Positions 9,329 through 18,419 of a stretch of 64,000 nucleotides of DNA are shown here, one piece after another; within the stretch, counting starts at the first letter, position 1; the number at the start of each line of letters is the position of its first letter. A program made the translations under genes and the position numbers. The stretch covers positions 33,095 to 97,094 of the forward strand of contig JAJYYI010000017.1 in assembly GCA_021801125.1 (NCBI GenBank), given 5' to 3'. The notes under the pieces are model-generated. The model was not told where the DNA came from. It saw only the letters and a program-made list of their open reading frames with translations, and made no database searches. This DNA is from Deltaproteobacteria bacterium (GTDB lineage Bacteria; Desulfobacterota; Binatia; Binatales; Binataceae).

Positions 9329-10213
9329 TTATTCCATTTGCACCTCGGCGACTCCGTCTCGGATAACCCCCTGGCCCTGTGGGTTGGCGGTCTCGTAGAA
9401 GTAGGTGCGCCGCGAACGATCCCGCGCGCCGGGCCAGAGTGTTGTGGTCAGCGTCTGGCCCGGAAAAACCGGGCGCGCAAAACGCGCGTACAGGCGCTTA
9501 AGTCGCAATGGGTCTCTGCCGCACACTGCGTCAATCACCGCCTTTGACGCAAACGCCATCGTGCACAGTCCATGCACGATCACGCCGGGCAGTCCCGCCG
9601 CTTTGGCGGATTCCTGGCTGAGATGAATCGGATTGTTGTCGCCGGACGCTTTCGCGTAGCGCACCGCTTGATCAAAATCGAGTTGTTGGACGACCGTCGC
9701 CGCCTGTTCAGCGCGCAGCGCCTCGACAGCGAGCGCTTTTCGCGCTTCGCGCTTCTCGCGCGAAACCGCGGAGCGAGCGCGCGCCTTGTTCCGCGCGCGG
9801 ATGAACGCCGTGAAAACTATTCGCTGCACCTCGACGCGATCCTGATTAGAAGCGCGCAACTCAACGGCAAGCGTCTCGCCGTGAGCCATGACCTCAATCC
9901 GCATTATCCTGGCCACAGTGGAAATCACGTCATCCGGCCGGATCGGCGCCAGGTACTCCATGTCCTGTTCGCTGTGTAGAAGGCGGACGAGATCTACGCC
10001 GAGTTCGGGATCGCTGGCTACTTGGAGCACCGCCGGATAAGTAGCCACGGCGCCGAAAAGCGGCGGGGCACTAATCCCGCCCGCGCGCGAGACGTCCAGA
10101 AAAGCCGGGTTATCTTCGTTGCAGGCCGAGGCATATTCCGTAATCGCACCTTCGCTTACCCGGAATGTAGTCGTCGGATAAACCTTGCCGATACAGTTTT
10201 GGTTAAGCCCCAT
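9329..10213 (-). CDS. Double hot-dog MaoC-like (R)-specific enoyl-CoA hydratase/dehydratase. The start is taken at the internal ATG at 10213, which has a GGAG Shine-Dalgarno; the ORF track extends it to 10357.
   Basis: The C-terminal half carries the MaoC signature (GDNNPIHLSQESAKAAGLPGVIVHG). The N-terminal half is a second hot-dog fold. Confidence 0.7.
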   Translation of the reverse strand: MGLNQNCIGKVYPTTTFRVSEGAITEYASACNEDNPAFLDVSRAGGISAPPLFGAVATYPAVLQVASDPELGVDLVRLLHSEQDMEYLAPIRPDDVISTVARIMRIEVMAHGETLAVELRASNQDRVEVQRIVFTAFIRARNKARARSAVSREKREARKALAVEALRAEQAATVVQQLDFDQAVRYAKASGDNNPIHLSQESAKAAGLPGVIVHGLCTMAFASKAVIDAVCGRDPLRLKRLYARFARPVFPGQTLTTTLWPGARDRSRRTYFYETANPQGQGVIRDGVAEVQME

Positions 10214-10473
10214 TGCGTGCGTTTCGCTCCTTACACCGCACCGTAAAAAGTCGAGCCGACCGGCAAAGGGAATCAAGCGAGCGTATGCGAAGCCCTTGCC
10301 GAGATTCTGAACAATCCCGCTTACCAGCCCCGCCGAACAACGATACAAGCGGGGCAATGCTCATCGCGACCCAACCACTCTGGCATCCCGACTATGTTCG
10401 GCTCTTTAATCGTTCGGCTTCATGCAACACACAGCTAAAGGCATCTTTCATTCGAGCCTTGCACGCACTGCGC

Positions 10474-11625
10474 TCAAGCCACTTCCCGTCCCCCGATGAA
10501 AACAGCCTTTAGGTTGAGATCTCGATCGAGCACGAGCAGGTCCGCGCGCGCGCCCACGGCGATCGTTCCTTGTTGGCTAAGCCGCATAAGGCGCGCCGGA
10601 TTTTCCGCCGCCATGGCGACCGCCTGAGACAGACTTGCGCCGGTGACTTGAATCATCAGGCGCACCGCGTCGAGCAACGAGGTGAAGCTGCCAGCCAGGA
10701 CGCCGCTGTCGCACCGCGCGGCGCCTTCTCGCGCGCCCATCCCGCGCATTCTTTCGAACCCGCCCATCGCATCGGCGCCCGACGCCGTAAGCCGCTCTTT
10801 GCCGCTATCGCTCGGCGTCGCCACGCGGTCGCTGGTCAGTATCAGCCCTTGGTGGCCACGCGCGCGAAAGGCCAGCCGAAGCATCGCCGGATGCACGTGC
10901 GCGCCGTCCGCAATCAGTGCGGCAAGAGCCGCCGACGGCAACAGACCCGCCACGGCGACGCCGGGCGCGCGATGGTGAATAGGGCGCATCGCGTTGAACA
11001 GATGGGTGAACATGCGCGCACCCGCCGAAACGGCCTCCATCGCCTCTTCCAGCGTGGCGTCTGAATGGCCGATCGCGCTCACCACACCGCGCGCTGCAAG
11101 CCTGTTGATCGCCTCCCGCGCACCCGCCAGCTCGGCGGCCAGCGTCACCATGCGCAACTGTTCCATTGCAAGCACACGCTCAAGCGCCTCGCCTCGAGGC
11201 TCCAGATTAAAGCGCGGATGGATCCCCAATCGGGCGGGTGAAATAAAGGGTCCTTCCAGGTGCAAGCCGACAATCGCCGCCTGTGCCGCCTCGTGCTCGA
11301 GCATAACCGCGGCTTGGCACACCGCGTCATGCACCCGCTCCAGGCGGTCAAGCGGCGCCGTAATCGCCGTCGGCAAAAAGGCCGTGACGCCCTCAGCCGC
11401 CAAGGAGCGCGCGATTGCGGCGATTTCGCCGGGCGAAGCCGCCATCACGTCGTGAGAACCCACGCCGTTCACTTGCAGGTCGATTAGGCCTGGGACAATC
11501 TGATCATCGCCTGCTGGCAGCGCCGGCTCGACCGCTTCGATCCGTTCCGAGAAAGTCACCCTGCCCGAGAGACTCAGACCGTCGGCACAGACAAGCTGGC
11601 CACGCAACGTCCTAGTCTCCAGCAT
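10474..11625 (-). CDS. nagA: N-acetylglucosamine-6-phosphate deacetylase
   Basis: Amidohydrolase fold with GLIDLQVNG and HLEGPFISP motifs characteristic of NagA. Confidence 0.8.
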   Translation of the reverse strand: MLETRTLRGQLVCADGLSLSGRVTFSERIEAVEPALPAGDDQIVPGLIDLQVNGVGSHDVMAASPGEIAAIARSLAAEGVTAFLPTAITAPLDRLERVHDAVCQAAVMLEHEAAQAAIVGLHLEGPFISPARLGIHPRFNLEPRGEALERVLAMEQLRMVTLAAELAGAREAINRLAARGVVSAIGHSDATLEEAMEAVSAGARMFTHLFNAMRPIHHRAPGVAVAGLLPSAALAALIADGAHVHPAMLRLAFRARGHQGLILTSDRVATPSDSGKERLTASGADAMGGFERMRGMGAREGAARCDSGVLAGSFTSLLDAVRLMIQVTGASLSQAVAMAAENPARLMRLSQQGTIAVGARADLLVLDRDLNLKAVFIGGREVA

Positions 11626-11638
11626 CGCTGTTCAAAGC

Positions 11639-11893
11639 TTAGTTGGCACCGAAGCGCTCCGCCAACAGGCGGGAAAAGCGCGGCGTGTATATCAGGTCGA
11701 AAACGGCCTCTTTGTCCGGAAACATCGCCAGCACCGCGCGCTTCAGCGCCAGCACATGCGCCCAAGCCTCGTCCAGCGTAATGCGGGGGTCTTGCGCGAT
11801 CACCGCAGTCGTCAGGTCAACCAGCAGATGCATCCGGCGGATCATGCGTTCTTCCAAAGCTAATTCGGCGTCGCGACCATGGTCGCCCATTGC
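11639..11893 (-). CDS. Hypothetical small protein (~84 aa). The longer track ORF has an Arg/Pro-rich, probably non-coding N-terminus.
   Basis: Only the C-terminal 84 codons read like a protein (MGDHGRDAELALEERMIRRMHLL...). No recognisable family. Confidence 0.3.
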   Translation of the reverse strand, partial: AMGDHGRDAELALEERMIRRMHLLVDLTTAVIAQDPRITLDEAWAHVLALKRAVLAMFPDKEAVFDLIYTPRFSRLLAERFGAN

Positions 11894-12122
11894 ACTTTTA
11901 CCTCGTGGTTGCGATTGTTGATGCGAGACAACTATAGCATCGCGGACGCCATGTTTTTTAAAGGGCTGCGCGCACGGCGCCCCGAAACAGAAGAAGCGCA
12001 AACGAAAGAATTCCGCTGCGACTTCCGAAAGGAAGTTCGCTGCTGGCCGTCGCCGACGGCGCAACGAAGGCGCAGCCTGACCGCTTCGACGCGAACGCTC
12101 CGGCAAGAGGTTCATAGCCGAG

Positions 12123-13031
12123 ATGATCCCGCAGCAACAGCCACGCCTTAAGAGCAGCTTTATTTACCTCGCGAACGCGGTGCGCGACCTTACCAGCAAT
12201 TGGGAAACCTTCGCGTTGACCCTTACACCGCTGGCTTTGGTGGCGGCGCTCTGCTTGATGCCGGACGCGCTCAATCTGCAGCACGAGTTGATGCGTTTCT
12301 TTTCGTCAGGCGTGCATAACGTGGGCGTGCGCGAGGTTCAACTGATTAAGGAAGGCCCGCAAGCGAATTTGCCGTTCTCGCCGTGGCAAACGCGGCTTTT
12401 GCACCTAATCATTCTTCTTCTCACGCTGGGCGTGAACCTGGTCGTCTTGTGCGCATTAAGCCGGATTCGTGCGGGGGTTCGCGAAAATAACCCATTAGGC
12501 GAGGCGCGGGCCGTTTACCGGCGAGCCTGGAAGTTAATAGGTCCCTTCTCGTGGGTTTTTCTATTGCAAGTGTTGACTGTCATCGTTGGGCTTGTTCTGC
12601 TCGTGATACCCGGGGCGTTGGCCTATATCTGGCTCTACTTCGCTCAGTACGCCGTGGTGATGGACAATCAGCGCAGCTGGCCGGCGCTCTTATTCAGCCG
12701 CGAGCTTATGCGTGGGCGTTTCTTCGCGGTTGCGATGCGCATCGTGGTTTTTCTCGCCGTATGGTCCGGATTCAATTCATGGACTGGCGGCGCATTTGTA
12801 CTGGTAAGCTGGACGCTCGGCATCATCGGCGCAGTGACCGGCTTTCTGTGGGCAGGCATCTTCGCGGCCGACCTGTTGGCGACCTGCGTCGGCTACGCGA
12901 CGATCGCATTTTTCTTTGCCGCGGGCGCGCGCTTGTACGAAGACCTAAACCAGCTTCGAAGGGCGCGCCAAGAGCTTGCACCAGCGCCGTCGCTGGCGCC
13001 AACTGAAGCGTTAGGCGCCCGCCCCTCTTAG
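12123..13031 (+). CDS. Polytopic integral membrane protein of unknown function
   Basis: At least six hydrophobic helices (e.g. LTLTPLALVAALCLMP, LLHLIILLLTLGVNLVVLCAL, VFLLQVLTVIVGLVLLVIPGALAYIWLYF). No diagnostic motif. Confidence 0.5.
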   Translation: MIPQQQPRLKSSFIYLANAVRDLTSNWETFALTLTPLALVAALCLMPDALNLQHELMRFFSSGVHNVGVREVQLIKEGPQANLPFSPWQTRLLHLIILLLTLGVNLVVLCALSRIRAGVRENNPLGEARAVYRRAWKLIGPFSWVFLLQVLTVIVGLVLLVIPGALAYIWLYFAQYAVVMDNQRSWPALLFSRELMRGRFFAVAMRIVVFLAVWSGFNSWTGGAFVLVSWTLGIIGAVTGFLWAGIFAADLLATCVGYATIAFFFAAGARLYEDLNQLRRARQELAPAPSLAPTEALGARPS

Positions 13032-13426
13032 CCATAGCTTCGGGCCGATAGCCGTCGTTTCCGCCGCCAGCGTCGAGCGGGCCCGAGCGCAATTACCAGT
13101 GTTCAAGCGCTAACTATAGCCTATTTGAAGCCGCAGGTATGCTACAGCGCCTCCGCTCGGGGCGGCCCCAGGCACGCCAAGGATTTGCATATTGATTTCG
13201 AAGAGCTTAATTGATGTGATTTTGCTTCTAGAAACCTTTTTAGCGCTAAAATCCCACTGTCCTTTCAGCCTTCCGCTCTGCCCAGCTAAGGGGCGCTGGT
13301 ATTGTCCGGCCATGCTATGCCATAATGGAGGTGCTGCTTCTATCTCAGCGGGCGCAAGAGAGGGGCGGATTCACCCCCAAAGCTCCCGGCTAACCCAGCG
13401 CGTGCGATCTTATGGCAAGGTGCGGT

Positions 13427-13918
13427 ATGACCCCCAGCTTCAAAAAGGGTGAGAAGGTTGTCTACCCGGCCCACGGCGTGGGTGTGATCGAAGGCGTTCA
13501 AACCAGAACCATCTCGGGCACCGAACGGACGTACTATTTGCTCAGGATCTTGGACAACCACATGACCATAATGGTTCCGACCGAAAACGTCGGAGCGGTC
13601 GGGCTGCGCCGGGTAATCGGCAAGGACATGGTTACCAAGATCTATCGTATCTTGCGGGACCGCAAGGTCCAGGCGGACGGTCAGACCTGGAATCGGCGGT
13701 ATCGGGAATACACGGAAAAAATCAAAACCGGCTCACCCCTCGAGATCGCCCAGGTGCTGCGCGACCTGTTGGTGCTCAAGGCAGACAAAGACCTGTCTTT
13801 CGGAGAGCGCAAGATTCTGGACACAGCGCGCAACCTGCTAGTCAAAGAGCTTTCCATCGCGCAAGACCATCCGGAAGAAAAGATCATAGAAGAACTCAAC
13901 GTTCTTTTCGCGAACTAG
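13427..13918 (+). CDS. cdnL: CarD/CdnL-family RNA-polymerase-binding transcription factor
   Basis: N-terminal CarD_CdnL_TRCF domain (FKKGEKVVYPAHGVGVIEGV ...). Length is ~160 aa, as for CdnL. Confidence 0.85.
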   Translation: MTPSFKKGEKVVYPAHGVGVIEGVQTRTISGTERTYYLLRILDNHMTIMVPTENVGAVGLRRVIGKDMVTKIYRILRDRKVQADGQTWNRRYREYTEKIKTGSPLEIAQVLRDLLVLKADKDLSFGERKILDTARNLLVKELSIAQDHPEEKIIEELNVLFAN

Positions 13919-14097
13919 GGCAGTGCACGCCCGCGTCCGCCATTCTATGACCCCAGGCGCCGACCAGCGGCAAGCATGCTCTAGCGCTCGCTCGCTTTCC
14001 GCACGATCCTGTAGCCCCCGCGTGGGTCGCGAGCGGACGTTCCTTCGACCGACGCGCGCGCATGCCACCCCGAAGGTTGCCGTCCTGGCCTGATTTC

Positions 14098-14814
14098 ATG
14101 GCCGCGAACGGTTGCGCGATTCGGGCTTCGGTCATTATCGTTGCCGCCGGCGTCGGCTCGCGGCTCGGCCACGCTACGGCCAAAGCGTTCGTCGATCTGT
14201 GCGGACATCCGATGTTGTACTATTCGCTTGCCGCTGTCGCGCGCGTGCCGGGAGTAATCGAGGTTGTCGTCGCCGTGCCGGCGGGAATGCAGGCCGCGGC
14301 ACGCGGTGCAGTGCGGGATGCGGGGCTTGAGCTGCCAGTTAAGATTACGCCTGGAGGACACGAGCGGCAGGAATCGGTGGGCATCGCACTGGAGATCACC
14401 AGCGCTGAAAGTGACTTGGTCGCGGTTCATGACGCAGCCAGGCCCTTTGCGCCGCCCCAGTTATTCGCTGACTTGCTCGCCTGCGCGTTCCGCTACGGCG
14501 CCGCCGTCGCCGCAGTGCCCGTTGCGGATACGCTCAAGCGCGCCGAAGCCGGCGTGGTCTCCGGCACGCTGCCCCGTCAAGGACTGTTTCAATCCCAGAC
14601 ACCGCAGGCATTTCGCCGCACGCTGTTAATCAACGCTTTTAAGGCCGCGCAAGAAAAGGGATGGCACGTCACCGACGACGCCGAACTCGTCGAGCGGGCC
14701 GGTGGCAAAGTCCGCCTGGTAGATAGCTCGCGCGAAAATTTCAAGGTAACGACGCCCGAGGACTTGATGATGGCGGAAATGCTAATTGCCGCGCGCCGGC
14801 GCTCCGCCATCTAA
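14098..14814 (+). CDS. ispD: 2-C-methyl-D-erythritol 4-phosphate cytidylyltransferase
   Basis: VIIVAAGVGSRLG nucleotidyltransferase P-loop. VHDAARPF motif. Confidence 0.85.
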   Translation: MAANGCAIRASVIIVAAGVGSRLGHATAKAFVDLCGHPMLYYSLAAVARVPGVIEVVVAVPAGMQAAARGAVRDAGLELPVKITPGGHERQESVGIALEITSAESDLVAVHDAARPFAPPQLFADLLACAFRYGAAVAAVPVADTLKRAEAGVVSGTLPRQGLFQSQTPQAFRRTLLINAFKAAQEKGWHVTDDAELVERAGGKVRLVDSSRENFKVTTPEDLMMAEMLIAARRRSAI

Positions 14815-14816
14815 GC

Positions 14817-15641
14817 TCACGACGCGAGCGGCGATGCGAGCCCTTCGTTGAGCGAGCCCGACCTGAAGCCCTTTAGGTCGAGCGCCACAAAGCGAAACCC
14901 GATTCGGCGAAATTCCCGGAAGACGAGGTCCGCGAGTTCCGGCTCGATTATCCTCCCCATCTCATCGCGTTCAAGCTCAAGGCGGGCAACGTCGTCGTGG
15001 TAGCGTACGCGGGCCACCTTGAAGCCCAGGCACCGCAAAAGCCGCTCGCCCTCTTCAACCTTTGCAAGCGCTTCGGCCGTAATCTTGGTGCCGTAGGGAA
15101 AACGGGAGGATAGACACGGCGAAGCCGGCCTGTCCCACGTCGGAAGCGCCAGCGAGCGCGAGAGCTCGCGAATCTCCGCTTTCCTCAAACCCGCCTCGAC
15201 CAGCGGGTGGCGCACGCGGCGTTGCTCGGCGGCCCTGATCCCAGGCCGGTAGTCCCCAAGGTCATCAAGGTTGAGGCCGTCCAAGATATGCTCGACGCCA
15301 AGCTGGCGCGCTCTCTCCTCGCAAATCGTGTAAAGGTTGCTCTTACATAGATAGCATCGGTTGGTCGGGTTCGCGGCGTAACCGGGTATGACCAGCTCGT
15401 TAGACTCAACCAGCATATGGCGCGCTCCGATCAGCGCCACCAGCGCGCGAGCGGACTCCAGGTCCTCCCGCGGCATCGTCGGCGAGGTCGTCGTCAGCGC
15501 CAGGACGTTGTCGCCCAGGACTTGATGGGTCACCTTGAGCAGGAAGGAGGAATCGACGCCGCCCGAAAACGCGACGATCGCAGATTTCATCGGCTCAAGC
15601 AGACTGCGCAAACGGTTCAGTTTCTCGACAAGCTCGCTCAT
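14817..15641 (-). CDS. larE: LarE-family ATP-dependent sulfur insertase (PP-loop ATP pyrophosphatase, TIGR00268-like), probably the multi-Cys (Fe-S) type. Start at the ATG with a GGAGAGG Shine-Dalgarno.
   Basis: SGGVDSS PP-loop. PASPCLSSRFPYG matches the LarE catalytic-Cys region. An additional CYLCKSNLYTIC cysteine cluster is present. Confidence 0.7.
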   Translation of the reverse strand: MSELVEKLNRLRSLLEPMKSAIVAFSGGVDSSFLLKVTHQVLGDNVLALTTTSPTMPREDLESARALVALIGARHMLVESNELVIPGYAANPTNRCYLCKSNLYTICEERARQLGVEHILDGLNLDDLGDYRPGIRAAEQRRVRHPLVEAGLRKAEIRELSRSLALPTWDRPASPCLSSRFPYGTKITAEALAKVEEGERLLRCLGFKVARVRYHDDVARLELERDEMGRIIEPELADLVFREFRRIGFRFVALDLKGFRSGSLNEGLASPLAS

Positions 15642-15785
15642 AGCAGGACCTCTCCGGTCCAGGCTTGACACATCCGTCAACACTTTCGCAAGCCCTCGCC
15701 TCGCGTGCCAAAGGCACAGAGCGACGCGCTAGGAAGGAACCGGACCCGACGGGCCGCACGCGAAGCAGGGCCACTTGCGCGGGCA

Positions 15786-16730
15786 CTAGATCCCATCGAG
15801 TTGAAACAGGTCGGTCGTCAAATAGCGATCGCCCGAGTCGCAGAACACGGTTGCAACGACTTTGCCCGGACCGAGCCGGCGGGCGATCTCGAGCGACGCC
15901 CAGCAGTTGGCACCGGCGGAGATCCCGACGAGGAGGCCTTCCGTGCGCGCCAAGCCGCGCGCGCATTCAGCTGCGTCCTCGTCGCTAACCTCAATGATCT
16001 CATCATAAATCTTCGTATCCAGAATTTCGGGCACGAAGCCAGCCCCGATACCTTGTATTTTATGGAAACCGGGCTCGCCGCCGGCCAACACGGGCGAATT
16101 CTTGGGCTCAACGGCCACGATCAACACCTGGTCTTTGAGCTCGCGCCGAAGAAAATTGCCCACTCCGGTGATCGTGCCACCCGTGCCCACACCGGCCACA
16201 AAGGCGTCGATTTGCTGCAATTGTGCGAGTAGCTCCGGCCCCGTGGTCTCGAAATGAATCCGCGGGTTGGCGGGATTCGAGAACTGCTGCGGCATGAAAT
16301 AGTCAGGGTTCTCCCGCACCAATTCCAAGGCTTTGGCGATCGCGGCGTGCATCCCGCGCGTATCAGGCGTGAGCACCACCTCCGCCCCGTACCCGGCCAA
16401 TAGCGAACGCCGCTCCTCGCTCATCGTGTCCGGCATGGTCAGGATGAGGCGATAGCCCTTGACCGCGGCAATCATGGCCAGGCCAATTCCGGTATTCCCT
16501 GAGGTCGGTTCAACGATCGTTCCGCCTGGCTTTAGCCGCCCGTCGCGCTCGGCCTGTTCGATCATCGCCAGACAGATGCGATCCTTGACGCTACCGCCAG
16601 GATTGAACATCTCGAGCTTCGCCCATATTTGCGCATAGCCATCCGGCACCAGTCGGCGCAAGCGAACCACCGGTGTGCTTCCTATAAAGTCGGTTGGCGA
16701 ATGTCCTACATCGACCGGCACGGTCTGCAT
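15786..16730 (-). CDS. cysK: Cysteine synthase (O-acetylserine sulfhydrylase)
   Basis: PLP-enzyme motifs KLEMFNPGGSVKDR and GTGGTITG. Confidence 0.85.
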   Translation of the reverse strand: MQTVPVDVGHSPTDFIGSTPVVRLRRLVPDGYAQIWAKLEMFNPGGSVKDRICLAMIEQAERDGRLKPGGTIVEPTSGNTGIGLAMIAAVKGYRLILTMPDTMSEERRSLLAGYGAEVVLTPDTRGMHAAIAKALELVRENPDYFMPQQFSNPANPRIHFETTGPELLAQLQQIDAFVAGVGTGGTITGVGNFLRRELKDQVLIVAVEPKNSPVLAGGEPGFHKIQGIGAGFVPEILDTKIYDEIIEVSDEDAAECARGLARTEGLLVGISAGANCWASLEIARRLGPGKVVATVFCDSGDRYLTTDLFQLDGI

Positions 16731-16802
16731 TAAATCATACGAGCCCTCGGGAGGCGAACTACCCGCGCGTAAACCCACCTCACCCTAACCGCCACCCCAC
16801 GC

Positions 16803-18335
16803 TCAGAGACCGACGAGCCTTCTCAGCAGAGCGAGGTCAATATGCTCGCGGACCGTAGCCGCCAGCCGGTCGTACTCGCGCTGTTTGCTCAAGGCGAAAC
16901 TAAACTGCGATTTCGGCGCCTGGGCCAATCCTTTACGGGCGCGAAGCCAGGCCAGGGTGGCCTCACGCACGCCATCGTTGTCGAAAATTCCGTGGAGCAT
17001 CGTGCCGACCACCGCGCCATCGGGACTAACCGCGCCGTCGAGGTCCGCGTCGTTGCGGCCGTTGCGCGTGAGCACCTCGAATGGCGCCGCCTGCTTGCCG
17101 ATCCTCTCAATCATTCCCATGTGAATCTCGTAACCGCTGATCACCTCTCGAGGGCTCAAGCCGGCCGTTAAAAAGCATCTTTCCCAGGCTCGCGCGGTCA
17201 CCTGAGCGGTGCGCTTGTGCGAGCCGAAGTGAGTACGCAGCCCGAGCAAACCCAATCCGTCCACGGATTTACGGTCCGATTCGACGCCGGCGGGGTCCTC
17301 GATCTTCTGCCCCAGCATCTGACATCCCCCACAAATCCCCAGAATCGGGCGCGCGTGCGCGGCGCGGACTAAAAGCGCGTCGGCGAGCCCCACCTCGCGC
17401 ATCCATTCCAGGTCGGCGATCGTGCTCTTCGACCCCGGGATGATTACCAAGTCGGCGTCCGCGAGGGCTTCACGAGTCTCGACAAAGCGCACGCGCGTCG
17501 CCGTAGTCCGCTCCAGGGCCAGCAGGTCGTCATAGTTAGAGAGGCGGGGCAGCTTGACCACGGCGACATCGATTTCACCCGCGTGATCGGGCCGCGCCGC
17601 AGCCCGATCCTCAAGAGCGACGGAATCCTCGTCCGCGATGCGCAAATCCCTGATATACGGTACGACGCCGAGCACCGGCCGTTCCACGCGGCGCGATAGG
17701 AACTCCAGCCCCGGCTCGAGCAAGCTGCGATCGCCGCGAAACTTATTAATGAGCAGCGCCGCAACGCGCGCGCGCTCGTCGTCGCGGAGCAGCTCCATTG
17801 TGCCGACAAGATGAGCGAAAACGCCGCCCCGATCGATATCACCAACCAGGATAACCGGCGCGGCAGCCAGCTTCGCCACGTACATGTTGACGATGTCGCT
17901 GTGGTTAAGGTTGATCTCGGCGGGACTGCCGGCACCTTCGATTATCACCACGTCGTAGCGCTGAACCAGGCGCTCTAGCGACTTCGCGACCACCTCGCGC
18001 AGTTGCAGTTTGTAAGATTGATATTCCGACGCGCTGAGCCGCCCGACCGGCTTCCCCATCACGACGACCTGCGCGCTCCGCTCGGCCTCGGGCTTGAGCA
18101 GCACGGGGTTCATGTCGACGGTCGGCGCGATTCCGGCCGCCTCGGCCTGCACCGCCTGCGCGCGGCTAATCTCGTGACCGTCGGGCGTGACAAAGGAGTT
18201 GAGCGCCATGTTTTGCGCCTTGAACGGCGCGACGCGAAGCCCGTCGTCGCGCAAAATTCGCAGCAAGGCCGCGACCAAAACGCTCTTGCCGACCGACGAC
18301 CCGGTGCCTTGCACCATCAGCGTTCGCGCGGCCAT
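16803..18335 (-). CDS. cobQ: Cobyric acid synthase
   Basis: CobQ/CbiP N-terminal AAA-like domain (MVQGTGSSVGKS) plus C-terminal glutamine amidotransferase domain (GICGGCQMLG). Confidence 0.85.
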   Translation of the reverse strand: MAARTLMVQGTGSSVGKSVLVAALLRILRDDGLRVAPFKAQNMALNSFVTPDGHEISRAQAVQAEAAGIAPTVDMNPVLLKPEAERSAQVVVMGKPVGRLSASEYQSYKLQLREVVAKSLERLVQRYDVVIIEGAGSPAEINLNHSDIVNMYVAKLAAAPVILVGDIDRGGVFAHLVGTMELLRDDERARVAALLINKFRGDRSLLEPGLEFLSRRVERPVLGVVPYIRDLRIADEDSVALEDRAAARPDHAGEIDVAVVKLPRLSNYDDLLALERTTATRVRFVETREALADADLVIIPGSKSTIADLEWMREVGLADALLVRAAHARPILGICGGCQMLGQKIEDPAGVESDRKSVDGLGLLGLRTHFGSHKRTAQVTARAWERCFLTAGLSPREVISGYEIHMGMIERIGKQAAPFEVLTRNGRNDADLDGAVSPDGAVVGTMLHGIFDNDGVREATLAWLRARKGLAQAPKSQFSFALSKQREYDRLAATVREHIDLALLRRLVGL

Positions 18336-18419
18336 GGCGAGTGGTTCTCCTCTATCCTTTCATCCTGCACGCAAGGCGTGCACACGCAATCCGACCAACC
18401 GGAGCCGACCCGGCGCGCC

